A DNA stretch of 64,000 nucleotides from NCBI GenBank assembly GCA_963806225.1, contig CAWDXG010000004.1, positions 1,056,001 through 1,120,000 on the forward strand, in the 5' to 3' direction. The notes beneath the pieces were generated by a model, which was given only the letters and a program-made list of their open reading frames with translations, searched no databases and was not told the DNA's origin. Origin of the DNA: an uncultured delta proteobacterium (lineage in GTDB: Bacteria; Myxococcota_A; Polyangia; Polyangiales; Polyangiaceae). A program made the position numbers and the translations under genes. Shown piece by piece: positions 23,038 to 33,408 of this stretch (position 1 is its first letter; every line of letters starts with the position of its first letter).

Positions 23038-23238
23038 ATGGGACACGGGCCGGAGGCGGGAGACGCAGGCGCGAGCGCTCCGGCTCCCCGCATAATCGTA
23101 GAGCGCCCGCCCCCGGGGCTGGCGCGCGGACGCTATGCGTGGCCCGCCTGGGGCATCGGGCTGGTCGGTGGCACGGTTGTCCTCCTGGGACTGGTCTGGA
23201 TGGTATGGCGGCTCGGCCGGTCCGGAAGAAATCGATGA
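23038..23238 (+). CDS. Small membrane protein (start uncertain)
   Basis: Single TM segment WGIGLVGGTVVLLGLVW; ATGA overlap with the next gene. Confidence 0.45.
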   Translation: MGHGPEAGDAGASAPAPRIIVERPPPGLARGRYAWPAWGIGLVGGTVVLLGLVWMVWRLGRSGRNR

Positions 23239-24248
23239 AGACATTCCTGCGGCGGGCGGTCATCGCGATGCTGATCGGCGTCGCCCTGTACGGCGTGTTC
23301 GTCGCGTACGCCGGCTACTCGAAGATCAAAAGCAGCCTCGAGATCTTCCACTACAGCGCGTTCATCGCAGCGCTCGGCCTGGCGCTCGTCAACTACCTCG
23401 CGCGCTACTTCAAGTGGGAGTACTACCTGAAGCGGCTGCAGATCCGTCATGTCCGGAAGTTCGACAGCCTGCTGATCTTCCTGTCCGGTTTCGTCCTGAC
23501 CGTGACGCCCGGCAAGGTCGGCGAGGTCTTCAAGTGCGCGGTGCTCAAGCAGACACACGGCGTCCCGGCGTCGCGTACCGCCCCCATCATCGTCGCCGAG
23601 CGGATGACCGACGTGATCGGCGTGATCATCCTGATCGTCGTGGGCAGCGCAGGCTTCCACGGCGGACTGCCCTGGGCCGCAGCGGGCACGGCGGCCGTGG
23701 CTGTCGGTCTGACGCTGATCCTGTGGCGCAGGCCCTTGCTCACGGTCATCGGCTGGATCGAGCGCGGACCGGAGCGCCTGCGCCCGCTCGGCCCGAAGCT
23801 CCACGAGTCGTTCAACAGCCTGCGAATCCTGGCAAGCCCAGGCGCGCTCTTGTACCCGGCCTTCCTGTCGGTCATCGGCTGGGGCGCGGAGGGCGTCGGA
23901 CTCGATCTGCTGCTGCGCGGCTTCGGGGGACATCCGAGCGTCATGCTCAGCATCTTCTTCTACGCGACCGCGACCCTCGCGGGCGCGGTCATCCCCGTGC
24001 CCGGCGGCCTGGGCATCACCGAGACGATGATCCAACAGCAGCTGGTGGAGATCGGACACGTCGGACTCGGGGTGGCCACGTCGTCGATGATCCTGATCCG
24101 CTTCTCCACGCTGTGGTTCGCCGTGGTGATCGGGTTCTTGGCGCTGACGCTGCTGCGCACCCGGTATCCATCGTTGCTTGCCGAGGGGGAGCCGGTTCCG
24201 CCGCAGGTGCTCCCGACCGATACCGGCCGCGACGAGGCGACGCCCTAG
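23235..24248 (+). CDS. Lysylphosphatidylglycerol synthase TM / UPF0104 flippase-like membrane protein
   Basis: Multiple TM segments; RYFKW, TPGKVGE, AERMTD, PGGLGITE, IRFSTLW. Confidence 0.8.
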   Translation: MKTFLRRAVIAMLIGVALYGVFVAYAGYSKIKSSLEIFHYSAFIAALGLALVNYLARYFKWEYYLKRLQIRHVRKFDSLLIFLSGFVLTVTPGKVGEVFKCAVLKQTHGVPASRTAPIIVAERMTDVIGVIILIVVGSAGFHGGLPWAAAGTAAVAVGLTLILWRRPLLTVIGWIERGPERLRPLGPKLHESFNSLRILASPGALLYPAFLSVIGWGAEGVGLDLLLRGFGGHPSVMLSIFFYATATLAGAVIPVPGGLGITETMIQQQLVEIGHVGLGVATSSMILIRFSTLWFAVVIGFLALTLLRTRYPSLLAEGEPVPPQVLPTDTGRDEATP

Positions 24249-25213
24249 TCCAGCGCCCGCAGTCGCTCGAGCGCGCGTTGCATCTCCACGGGCAGCGGCG
24301 CCTCGAAGCGCAGCCAACGCTGATCGACAGGATGCGAAAAGCCCAGCACCGCTGCGTGCAGGGCCTGCCGACCGAGCTCTTCGGCGATTTCGCGCAGCGC
24401 AGGGTCGTGTGGGACCCCGCCGTAGAGACGGTCAGCCAGTATCGGGGTCCGCGTCTGCTCGGAAAGATGCACGCGGATCTGGTGGGTGCGGCCGGTCTCC
24501 AGCCTGCACTCGACGAGCGAGGCGCGTCCGCCGGCCAGTTTCTCGACGAGCGCGACGTGCGTCACCGCGTCGCGCCCGCGCTCCACGCGCGAGCTGAAAC
24601 GCAAGCGCGAACGGGGATCGCGAGCGTGCAGGCTGCGGATCGTGCCTTGTCGCGGCACGCCCACGCAGATCGCGCGGTAGGCGCGCTCGATGCTGTGCTC
24701 CGAGAACTGGGCCTTGAGCCCCTCGCGGGTTTGCTCGTCCCGCGCGACGACCAGCACGCCGCTGGTGTCCTTGTCGATGCGGTGCACGATGCCCGGCCGC
24801 ATCGGCCCCTCGGCGTCCCGCGGATCGCTGGGCGGGCGCGCGAAGCGAGCCAGCAGACCGTTGACGAGCGTGCCGCGCGCGTGCCCGCGCGCCGGGTGCA
24901 CGACCATCCCGGCGGGCTTGTCGATCACCACCAGATGGGCGTCCTCGTACAGCACCGAGAGCTCGACGCTCGCATCGGGCTCGGCGCGGCTCGGCGGTGG
25001 AGGCCCCGGCTCCACCTCGATGACGCTCCCCGCCTCGACGGAGTCGCGCGCACGGCAGCTCCGGCCGTCGAGCAGAACCCGACCCTCGGCGATCCAGCGC
25101 TGGATCGTGGCCCGCGAGGTGCCGGGCATCAGGCGCGACAGCGCCTTGTCCAGGCGCTCGCGAGGCAGTCCGGCTTCGAGCACGAAGCGGCGCACGCTCC
25201 GCGCGCTGGCCAT
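24245..25213 (-). CDS. rluD: RluA/RluD-family pseudouridine synthase with S4 domain
   Basis: RLDKAL, DKPAGMVVHP, GIVHRIDKDTSG, LETGRTHQIRVH, RQALHA. Confidence 0.9.
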   Translation of the reverse strand: MASARSVRRFVLEAGLPRERLDKALSRLMPGTSRATIQRWIAEGRVLLDGRSCRARDSVEAGSVIEVEPGPPPPSRAEPDASVELSVLYEDAHLVVIDKPAGMVVHPARGHARGTLVNGLLARFARPPSDPRDAEGPMRPGIVHRIDKDTSGVLVVARDEQTREGLKAQFSEHSIERAYRAICVGVPRQGTIRSLHARDPRSRLRFSSRVERGRDAVTHVALVEKLAGGRASLVECRLETGRTHQIRVHLSEQTRTPILADRLYGGVPHDPALREIAEELGRQALHAAVLGFSHPVDQRWLRFEAPLPVEMQRALERLRALD

Positions 25214-25243
25214 CCCAAAGCCCCGGAGCGCGGCGCCGCAGCG

Positions 25244-25507
25244 CTACCAGATGCTGCTCTTGATGTGACCCTTGGACTTGACCAGGATGTCGACCAGAGC
25301 GCGATCGTAGAAGTTTCGCTGATAGAGGTCGGGGGCGACGCGGCTCTTGTACAGCGCCCGTCCTTCCTCGATCTCCTCGCTGAGCTCGTTGAACAGCGTA
25401 TCGTTCTCGATACCGCGGATGATCTTTTCCTCGTTGTAGAGGGAAAGGTCGCTGGCAATCGCCCGGGCCAACCGGCGCGCGGCCTCTTCGGTCTCGATGA
25501 GCGGCAT
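25244..25507 (-). CDS. romX: RomX-like small protein (partner of RomR in the MglA GEF complex)
   Basis: 87 aa; RLARAIASDLSLYNEEKII..EEIEEGRALYKSRV..KSKGHIKSSIW closely matches M. xanthus RomX as recalled from memory. Confidence 0.75.
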   Translation of the reverse strand: MPLIETEEAARRLARAIASDLSLYNEEKIIRGIENDTLFNELSEEIEEGRALYKSRVAPDLYQRNFYDRALVDILVKSKGHIKSSIW

Positions 25508-25563
25508 GCGTTCTCCTTCCCGCGCAGTATCGCCCGAGCCGCCGCGGGGTGTCAAAACAGCCG

Positions 25564-27036
25564 CTATCCCACCTCAGGCCCGGGAAACCCCGAGGCGCCC
25601 GCCGGCGCCGGCGGGGCCCGGCCGGGGCGCCGCAGGAACAGACTCCCGGCCAGCGCGGAGATCAGCGTGAAGCAGACGATCGAGTAGCGCCCGGAACCGA
25701 AGAACACCGCGTGGGTGGCCGCGGTGAGCGCGACAGTGCCCGCCGCAAGCGCCGCCGGAGGATGGTCGGAGAGGGCCCGGCCGGCGACGACAGCGCACAC
25801 CGCCATGCCCAGATAGGCAACCCACGCGGCGTGCAGGAACAGGAACACCCCAGCGAGGGCGGCCACGGCGCGACGCGCCCTCCGGCGGGGCGCAGGCCAG
25901 AGCGCGAGGGCGAGGAGGGCGAGCAGCACCTCGAGCCGCTCCCACACGGTCTCGATCACGCCGAGCCGCAGCTTGTCGCGGAAATCGAAGGCGCGCGGGT
26001 TCGACGAGTGCAGGTACCACCCCGGGGCTCCCGAGTAGTCGAACGTCCCGGCCAGCTTCGCTGGCATCAGGCCGATGAAGTGGCCGGGGTGCCGCGCGAT
26101 CTGCTGGAGCGCAGCGCTTCCGAAACAAGCGTCCTTCTCCGCCTCGTCGAACACGTTCCGGCAGCGCGGCGGAATACCTGCGCGCTCGATCGGCACCCAG
26201 GTTCCGGTCGCGCCGGGCCCCGCGCCGATCAGCAGGTTCCAGCCTCCGTTCGCGCTCACGAACACGCAGCGCCCCATGCGCGCGCAGTTGCGCGCGGTCC
26301 ACGGCAGGCACACCGCGAGCGCAACCAGCGACGCGACGAGCGCTCCGCGCAGGCGGCGCATCCAGGGCCGTGACGCCTCGCGCGGTGTGCGCCCCGAACA
26401 GGCGAGCGCGCCGAACAGCGGCGCGAGCAACAGCGATTGGGGGCGCACCATCGTGGTCGCGCCCAGCACGAGCCCCAGCGCGACCCACCAGCCGCGCGGC
26501 GCGTCGGCTCGACGGGCGCGCACGACGAGCCACGCGGCCAGTGCGATCAGCGCGGCCACAACGCCCTCCGTCATCAGCGCGGGCGTGTAGAAGACCAGCG
26601 CCGGGTGCAGCGCGACCAGCAGGGCGGCCAGCACCGCGCCCCGGCGCGTCGCGACACTGGCCGCCACCTGGTGCACAGCCAGCACGGCGAGCGTGCCGAG
26701 CGCGGCGTTGAAGGCCATCGCAACGACGGGATGCTCGCCGAACAGCGCGTACAGACCGCCGATGATCGCAGGGTAGCCAACGGGATAGTGCGCGGCGTAC
26801 GTGACCGTGCCGTCCGGCCACAGCCAGGTGTAGCCGTGCCCTTCGGCGATCCGCGTCGCAATCACGTGGTAGAAGTGCCCGTCGTCGGCCGGCGGAAAGC
26901 GCCCTGCAGCCCACACCACGACGACAACCCGCGCGACCAGCCCCAGCGCTGCGCAAGCCAGCGCGTCGCCGAAGCGCGGCGCGGCGCCGCGCCCCCGGAG
27001 CAGGCGCGAAAGCAGGGAGGGCCCGCTGGCGGTCAC
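25564..27036 (-). CDS. GT-C/PMT-like polytopic membrane glycosyltransferase
   Basis: DDGHFYH, YPVGYP, LMTE, TMVRP, PWTARN, SANGGWNL; GTGA overlap with maf. Confidence 0.7.
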   Translation of the reverse strand: MTASGPSLLSRLLRGRGAAPRFGDALACAALGLVARVVVVVWAAGRFPPADDGHFYHVIATRIAEGHGYTWLWPDGTVTYAAHYPVGYPAIIGGLYALFGEHPVVAMAFNAALGTLAVLAVHQVAASVATRRGAVLAALLVALHPALVFYTPALMTEGVVAALIALAAWLVVRARRADAPRGWWVALGLVLGATTMVRPQSLLLAPLFGALACSGRTPREASRPWMRRLRGALVASLVALAVCLPWTARNCARMGRCVFVSANGGWNLLIGAGPGATGTWVPIERAGIPPRCRNVFDEAEKDACFGSAALQQIARHPGHFIGLMPAKLAGTFDYSGAPGWYLHSSNPRAFDFRDKLRLGVIETVWERLEVLLALLALALWPAPRRRARRAVAALAGVFLFLHAAWVAYLGMAVCAVVAGRALSDHPPAALAAGTVALTAATHAVFFGSGRYSIVCFTLISALAGSLFLRRPGRAPPAPAGASGFPGPEVG

Positions 27037-27641
27037 GGGTAGTCTGCGAGCAGGCCCGCGCTCTGGAGATCGACGATGACCTCGCAGGCCGGCAGCCCGA
27101 CCACGTTGGTGTACGAGCCCTCGATCCGCTCGACGAGGAAGGAGCCGATGCCCTGGACGGCGTAGGCGCCGGCCTTGTCCAGCCCTTCGCCGGTACGGAC
27201 GTAGCGGTCGAGCTCGTCCCCTCGCGCCGTGCGCATCGTGACCCGGGAGACCACGGTCCGTTCGACCGCCGGCTCCGGCGCCCCGGCGTGCGCGATCGCG
27301 TAGCGCGTGTGGACAGTGTGTGTCCGTCCCGATAGGCGCCGCAGGAGCTCCAGAGCATGCTCCGGGCTGTCGGGCTTGCCGAGTATCTGCCGGTCGACAA
27401 CCACGATCGTATCGGCGACGAGCACGCCGGCCAGGGGCGCCTCGGCGGCGAGCGGCTCGACGGCACGGAGCTTCTGGCGAACCACCCGCTCGAGGAACTG
27501 CTCCACGTCCTCGGTCGCCCCCACCTGCTCGTCGATTCCCGCGCTGACCACCCGGATGGGCACGCGCAGCGTCGAAAGGATGGCGCGACGACGTGGGGAC
27601 GCCGAACCGAGCACGAGGGGGGTCTCCGGAGCGATCTGCAT
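27033..27641 (-). CDS. maf: Maf nucleotide pyrophosphatase
   Basis: LGSASPRRRAIL, ADTIVV, GKPDS, DKAGAYAVQG, GSYTNVVGLP. Confidence 0.92.
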   Translation of the reverse strand: MQIAPETPLVLGSASPRRRAILSTLRVPIRVVSAGIDEQVGATEDVEQFLERVVRQKLRAVEPLAAEAPLAGVLVADTIVVVDRQILGKPDSPEHALELLRRLSGRTHTVHTRYAIAHAGAPEPAVERTVVSRVTMRTARGDELDRYVRTGEGLDKAGAYAVQGIGSFLVERIEGSYTNVVGLPACEVIVDLQSAGLLADYP

Positions 27642-27792
27642 CGTTTCCAGACGCGCCGCCCACTTCCGGACGCGCGGCCCGCCGAGGGATAGCACGGGGG
27701 GCGTGGGCCACGAAACAGCGCCTATCCTGCCCCGGAGCAAGAGCTCCCCCTCCCGGGCAGCGTCCGACTATGGTCGGCGTGGACCCCGCCCC

Positions 27793-28842
27793 ATGCCCAG
27801 AACCGCGCTCTCACTACTCCTCGCAATCGCGCTGGCGACGGTCGCGCTGCCGGCCTCTGCCGACCCCTGCAAGCCCGACAACGGGCTGTCGAGCTGCATC
27901 GACGCGAACGCCCTGTGGATGGCGCCGGAAGGCGGTCGCTTCGTCGCAATCCCGGCCGCTCGCACACTGCCCGCCGGGCGCTTCACCTTCGGCGTGGGGG
28001 CAAGCTACCTGTCGCACCCCATCGTGCTGGATGCTCCGTCGCCGGATCCGGACGGGCGCGAGATCCGGGTCGTCGATGATGCGGTCGACGCGACGCTGCT
28101 CTGGGCCTACGGCGCGACGCACCGGCTCGAGCTCGGTGCGGCCCTGCCGATGGTGCTGTACCAGACGGGCGCCGGCATCGCCGGCCTGACCTCGCAGAGC
28201 GCGCCTCCCATCGCGCGCAGCGCAGCGCGCGATCCGCGCATCGACGCGGCGTACGCGCTGATCGACCGGAAGCTCGATGCAACGAGTCGGGTCGCTGCCA
28301 AGGCGCGGCTCGCGCTCGGCCTTCCTTTCGGGGACCAGCAGTCCTTTGCCGGCGATCGCTCCTTCGTCCTGGCTCCGTCTCTTGTCTCCAGCATCGCCCT
28401 GGGTCGCTTCTACGCCTCCGGCTCCGTGGGGCTCAGGCTCAGGCAGACCGCGGAACTCGCGGGCGCACGGCTGGGCTCCGAGCTCTGGAGCGCTTTGGGT
28501 GCGGGCGTCGAAATCCTGCCGCGCCGGCTGCTGTCGTTCAGCGCGGAGGCGTGGGCCCTGCCGACTCTGGCATCGCAGGATCACACGCTGCCGGACGGGA
28601 CCCACATCCGGAACGGCGTGCTGGCGCCGGCGGAGTGGCTCGCGTCGTTCGGGTCGTCACCCCTGTCGAGTGGCGAGCTGACGTTCCAGGCCGGCGGCGG
28701 CATGGCCATACCGCTGTCGGGCGATCAGCGCGTCGCGCCCGGCGGCACGACCAGCACCGAGCACTTCGCGGGCATCACGACGCCGCGCTTCCGCGTGGTC
28801 TTCGTCGTGCGCTACGTGCCGCGCTCCGACGGCACGCACTGA
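27793..28842 (+). CDS. Exported beta-strand-rich hypothetical protein (probable outer-membrane barrel)
   Basis: Signal peptide MPRTALSLLLAIALATVALPASA; amphipathic strands; RVVFVVRYVP near the C-terminus. Confidence 0.55.
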   Translation: MPRTALSLLLAIALATVALPASADPCKPDNGLSSCIDANALWMAPEGGRFVAIPAARTLPAGRFTFGVGASYLSHPIVLDAPSPDPDGREIRVVDDAVDATLLWAYGATHRLELGAALPMVLYQTGAGIAGLTSQSAPPIARSAARDPRIDAAYALIDRKLDATSRVAAKARLALGLPFGDQQSFAGDRSFVLAPSLVSSIALGRFYASGSVGLRLRQTAELAGARLGSELWSALGAGVEILPRRLLSFSAEAWALPTLASQDHTLPDGTHIRNGVLAPAEWLASFGSSPLSSGELTFQAGGGMAIPLSGDQRVAPGGTTSTEHFAGITTPRFRVVFVVRYVPRSDGTH

Positions 28843-28851
28843 GGCAGCCGA

Positions 28852-29469
28852 TCAGAAGATCCGCTCGCGCACGTAGATCTGATCGCCGGCCTGCAACAGG
28901 ATGTCCGGCGAGCGGCCCCCGGTGATGGCATCGACGCTCACCATCACCGTCTTGGCGCCGTTCGACGTCTTGCGCGTCAGGTTGACCTTGTCCTTGTTGG
29001 CGATCGAATTGAAGCCGCCAGCCTGCGAGATCGCCTGGATCAGCGTCAAGCCCGAGGAGAACGGGAACGAGCCGGGCTTCTGCACCTGGCCGAGCACCGT
29101 GACGCGCTTGCTGTTGTACTCCTTGACCGAGACCACGACGCTCGGATCGGTCAGGATCTTCTGCTCCATCAGCTTCTTGCGCACGAGCGCCGCAATCTGC
29201 TGCGGCTCGAGGCCCGACACCTTCACGCGGTGGATGTAGGGCAGGTCGACCGTGCCGTCGGAGGCCACCTGGTACTCCTCGGGAAGGTCCTTCTCACCGA
29301 CGATCTCCAGGTGGAACACATCGCCCGCGCCGACCGAGGTGCTCTCGACGGGCGGCGGCAGGTTCAGGTGCGCGTTGCTCGAGGCCCCGCCGCAACCCAC
29401 CAGCGCGGCGGCCAGCACCAGGACCAGCAAGGCCCGGACGGCCACCGGAACGCCGCGAACGCAGTTCAT
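28852..29469 (-). CDS. Short OPX (Wza-family) polysaccharide export lipoprotein
   Basis: Lipobox LVGC; Poly_export motif (GAGDVF, VASDGTVDLPYI); SLBB domain (VLGQVQKPG, AISQAGGF); ends LQAGDQIYVRERIF with no C-terminal helix. Confidence 0.88.
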   Translation of the reverse strand: MNCVRGVPVAVRALLVLVLAAALVGCGGASSNAHLNLPPPVESTSVGAGDVFHLEIVGEKDLPEEYQVASDGTVDLPYIHRVKVSGLEPQQIAALVRKKLMEQKILTDPSVVVSVKEYNSKRVTVLGQVQKPGSFPFSSGLTLIQAISQAGGFNSIANKDKVNLTRKTSNGAKTVMVSVDAITGGRSPDILLQAGDQIYVRERIF

Positions 29470-29549
29470 CGCTGTACTTGGATGCGCGGCGACCAGCACC
29501 GTTCACGCCGGTGTGCCACTACGCGCCAGCGACATGCCAGGCGCACGGC

Positions 29550-30932
29550 CTACATGAACCAGCGCGCGCCGAGGTAGGCCTCGAAGCGGCTGAACTTGAG
29601 GTTGTCGAAGTTGGTTATTGGCCGGACTCACCGGAATACGCGTTGTCGGTCAGGTTCGCGTTGTAGCGCAGCGTGGTGTTGATGCCGAAGCTGTCGCTCA
29701 GACGGTACTCGGCGAACAGCGGTCGCATCCACGCGGTTCTCGCTGAAGGCGCCGAACTGCCGTGCGCCGGTGGAGTAGTAGCTCTGCGGGTAGCGCAGGT
29801 GCGAGAAGCCGCCCTCCAGCTGACAGCAGCACCTGGCCGCCGATGAAGTACGAGAAGTTCAGGTAGCCGCGATCACGCGCCGTAGTAGTCGCCCAGATAG
29901 CTGTTGTGGAAGTCGCGGATGTAGCCGAGCGCGATCGACGACAGACCCACGGTGGCCTGGTCAGGCGAGAGGTTCGGCTTGGGCAGGAGGTACCACTTGA
30001 CCTCGGCCTGGGCGATCAGGCTGTCGTAGTTCTGCGGCGGATGGTTGTTGCGCGGGTCGTAGAAGCTCGCGCCCCAGCCCGCCATGGCCAGGAGCGCGAA
30101 GTGGTTGGTCACCAGACCGTTCAGGCCCAGCCGCGCGCGCACGGGCGTGCTGTTCGACTGCGTCGTCGGTGCCGGAGTAGTTGAGAAAGCCCAGCGAAGC
30201 GTCGTAGAGCAGCGCCGTCCGCGGCAGGAAGCGCCAGCGACCGCGCGTCTTCACGTAGTGCTGCGCGTTGTTGTACTCGCGGAAGATCTGCTTCTCGAAG
30301 TAGTTGTAGCGGAGCTCGTAGCCGAGGTGCCAGTCGAACAGGCCGCCACCGGGCCGCCACACGATGCCGCCGCCGAGCCTGAGCGAGTCGCGGTTGAACG
30401 CCGCGTTGGTGTCCGGGCTGTTCGACGCCTCGGCGATGCGCACGAAGTTCCCCATGAACTCCGCGCCCCAGGGCCGCTCGGGCAGCACGTCCAGGTTGAA
30501 ATCGGCGCCGGCGTCGATATGCGACTGGTCGCGGACCTGTTTCGAGTACTTGGAGTCCGTCGCGACCAGGTAGTTGAGGCCGGCGCTGACGCCGGCGCGG
30601 AAATTGACCGTCGGCGGCGCGGCCTGGGTCATGTCCAGCGAGCGACGCCGGGCGCCCAGCGTCGCCAGCGAGAACGACGGCGTCAGCCGGAAGCGCAGCG
30701 CCGAGATGACCGGCTCGTTGACCTGCGCGTCCACTTCGCCGGAGCGCTGGAAGTAGTTCGAGTCGTAGCCGACCTCGCCGGCCACGCCGGGGTGCAGCTC
30801 GAGATCCCCCGCACGGATACCGATACCCTCGCCGTAGCGACGATCTTGCAGCCACGGCTGCTGCTGGGCCGAGGCACTAAGCGAGGTTGTCGCGACGACC
30901 AGGGTCGCCCCGACCATGACACGGATCTTCAT
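29550..30932 (-). CDS. Outer-membrane beta-barrel protein, probable OPX partner porin; several frameshifts between 29700 and 30170
   Basis: Signal peptide; ELHPGVAGEVGYDSNYF; pieces in successive frames end FEAYLGARWFM*. Confidence 0.7.
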
Positions 30933-31007
30933 GGGTGAGTCACACCTGCCCGATGCCCCCGGGCAGGAAGATGGGCGCTGGCTGCCGCACCAGCGCGATA
31001 CCGGTGG

Positions 31008-31586
31008 CTACATCGTAGGACTGCTGAGAACGGGAGGTTGGCTCACTATCGTATCGTTCGGGAACTCGGAGGGATCGGTATCGGGGATATTCGGATCGAT
31101 GTCGACGGTTACCCGCGACTCACCCACGAAACCCGTTTCCTCGCCGATGCACTGGTTGGCCTCGGCGACGAGAGTCTGCACTCGATCGTGCAGAACCTGG
31201 ATCACCACGTACTCGTGCTTGACGCGATCCTGATCCTTCTGCTGCGCTGCTATCTTGAGACTGCCAGCCCGATCGCGCGCCGAACGGATGGCAACGTCGA
31301 TCTGGTTGAGCTTGTCGTTCAGGCACAGCACCTTGACAACGTCGCGCGCGGCGCGGGCGTCCTCGAGCTGACGGCGCACGGAGGTTGCCCCCTGGTCCAT
31401 CTGGGGCAGGTCCTTGTCCGCCTCGGCCTGCATCTCCGGGACGGAGAGGTTCACATTCTGCTGCGTCGAGACTTCCGGCACTGCGGGACCGGCTGTTCCG
31501 GTCGTCTGCGCGGCTGCCACGCCGAACATGCCGAGCATCACCGCTGCTCCGGCGGCTACTGCCCAACTCTTTTTGCTCAAGCGCAT
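31008..31586 (-). CDS. Exported helical hypothetical protein
   Basis: Signal peptide; DVVKVLCLNDKL..EANQCIGEE Cys pair. Confidence 0.7.
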   Translation of the reverse strand: MRLSKKSWAVAAGAAVMLGMFGVAAAQTTGTAGPAVPEVSTQQNVNLSVPEMQAEADKDLPQMDQGATSVRRQLEDARAARDVVKVLCLNDKLNQIDVAIRSARDRAGSLKIAAQQKDQDRVKHEYVVIQVLHDRVQTLVAEANQCIGEETGFVGESRVTVDIDPNIPDTDPSEFPNDTIVSQPPVLSSPTM

Positions 31587-31811
31587 CGCGTTAAGCCTCC
31601 CTCTGCTGACGTGACTTCCGGGGAGTATAGGAACCACTCTCCGGGATTGTCAACGCAAGCAGACATGGTGAAAATCCAGCTCATTCCAGCATTTCGAACG
31701 GCTGCCCAGCCGGCGGGACCGCATAGGGCAGCGGCCGGGCGAGACCCGGGCCGCATCCGGAATAGGTGCGGCAGAGCAGCCCGTTGTTCATCAGGCCGGC
31801 TGGCCTGACCG

Positions 31812-33227
31812 TCACTGGTGGACGAACGTCACGGGCACGTTGACCACGGCGCTCCCGCCCTCGGGCGGTGCGAACTGCGCTGCGGAGGCGCGGGCGCGGA
31901 CGCAGCCGACGACCGAGCCCGGCAGATTGCCGCTCGGCGACGCGCTCACGCCCTGCACCTCGCCACCCGGCCCGACCCGGATCGTCAGGTGGATGCTGCC
32001 CTGGGCGTCCGGATTGGTCGCGAGACCCCGGTTGTAGCAGGCGCGGAAGCCAGCGCGCATGCCCGCCACCACGCGGCTCGCATTGCTCACGGTACCGCCA
32101 GCAACGGACGCGCCGCCGACCGACGCGTTGCCACGCGGCCCCTTCACCTTCTTGACCTTGCCGGTGCCGCCGGTGCCCGAGGACTTGCCCGTGCTGCCGA
32201 TGCTGCCGAGCCCGCCACCCATCTGGCCCGGACGGATGGCGCCGCCCGCACCGCCCAGCTTCAGATCACCCGTACCGGCGCCTACGCCCGCACCACTAGC
32301 CGCCGCCTGGTCGAGAGCGCTGGTCGCGACCTCGCTGTTCTGCAGCACACCCGCGGTGGCCGGCCCCTGGCTGGACAGCGCGCCCAGGGTGGCCATCTCG
32401 AGCTTGTCCAGGCTGTGGCTCAGCGCGGCGGCCTGCGCCGTGCTCATATGGCCGGCCTTGCCGGCCGTCCCCTTCGCGGCCTTCTGGGGCGCGGCCTTGG
32501 CCTCGGCCTTCTGGGACTTCTGGTCGCCTTGATCGGCCGTCTCGGTGGGCTGTTCCACCGGCGGGGGCGGCGGCAGGCTCTTCACCGTATCCACCAGACC
32601 CGCCACGCTCACCTGCTCGTCCACGACCGGGTCGAGCCAGTCGGAGTAGATGGCCCCGATCGCGAGGAAGTGCAGCAGGAACGAGAACGCGGCGATCATC
32701 GTCGTCGTCCAGTCGATCGACGTCGCGCCGCGGGTCACCGACACCGGCAGCTGCGGCTTCGGCTGTATGGGCGGCGGCGCCACGAACTGGAACAGGAACG
32801 TGGTGTCCCCGATAACGACCTTGCCGCGCGAGTCCTCCGTCAGCTTGATCTGGTAGGCGCCCTGCGGCGTGCGACGCGCCTGGCCGCGGAGAACCGCGAG
32901 ATCGGAAATTCCTGTCGGCAACGCGATGCGCCCGGTCATGCCGTCGAGGAAATTCAGGTAGTATTCGGCGCCCACCAGCTCGAAGAGACGGAAGCTCGGC
33001 GGCACGTTCGTCGCCGAGATGACGAACATGCTCTTCTCGCTCGGACCGACGGTGACGTGACTGCGCTGCTTGATGATCCGCTCTTCGACGACGCGTCCGC
33101 CCTGCACCAGTCCGATCCGCAGCACTTTCGGTCCGGTCGGCGCCACCGCGCGCATCACGGCGGTCATCTGACCGGGACGGGCCGAACCGGGCCCCGGCTG
33201 CTGCTGCGGGTAGGGCTGCTGCGTCAT
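31812..33227 (-). CDS. GltG/PglI-like protein (single TM, Pro/Gly linker, TonB-C-like domain)
   Basis: N-terminal beta domain, TM AFSFLLHFLAIG, C-terminal FRACYNRGL..GSIHLTIRVGPGG..VNVPVTF. Confidence 0.75.
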   Translation of the reverse strand: MTQQPYPQQQPGPGSARPGQMTAVMRAVAPTGPKVLRIGLVQGGRVVEERIIKQRSHVTVGPSEKSMFVISATNVPPSFRLFELVGAEYYLNFLDGMTGRIALPTGISDLAVLRGQARRTPQGAYQIKLTEDSRGKVVIGDTTFLFQFVAPPPIQPKPQLPVSVTRGATSIDWTTTMIAAFSFLLHFLAIGAIYSDWLDPVVDEQVSVAGLVDTVKSLPPPPPVEQPTETADQGDQKSQKAEAKAAPQKAAKGTAGKAGHMSTAQAAALSHSLDKLEMATLGALSSQGPATAGVLQNSEVATSALDQAAASGAGVGAGTGDLKLGGAGGAIRPGQMGGGLGSIGSTGKSSGTGGTGKVKKVKGPRGNASVGGASVAGGTVSNASRVVAGMRAGFRACYNRGLATNPDAQGSIHLTIRVGPGGEVQGVSASPSGNLPGSVVGCVRARASAAQFAPPEGGSAVVNVPVTFVHQ

Positions 33228-33408
33228 CGTGGAGCTACCTCGTGGGCAGGTGTCGGGACCTGGAGTGGTCCGTCTCCCGTTGGACACCGCGAACCCGGAG
33301 AGGTTCCGGTGACAACGACAGCCTACCCCGACAAGCCCGACCGGGTCCACCTCGGGGAAGGCCTACGCGAGCGGAACAACACGGCTTCCGGCCGCCGGCC
33401 CGCGCGGC

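Noticed and set aside
33228..33408. Structured leader upstream of the gltG-like gene
   Set aside because: Only imperfect GC-rich stems, with no recognisable riboswitch motif and no second copy.
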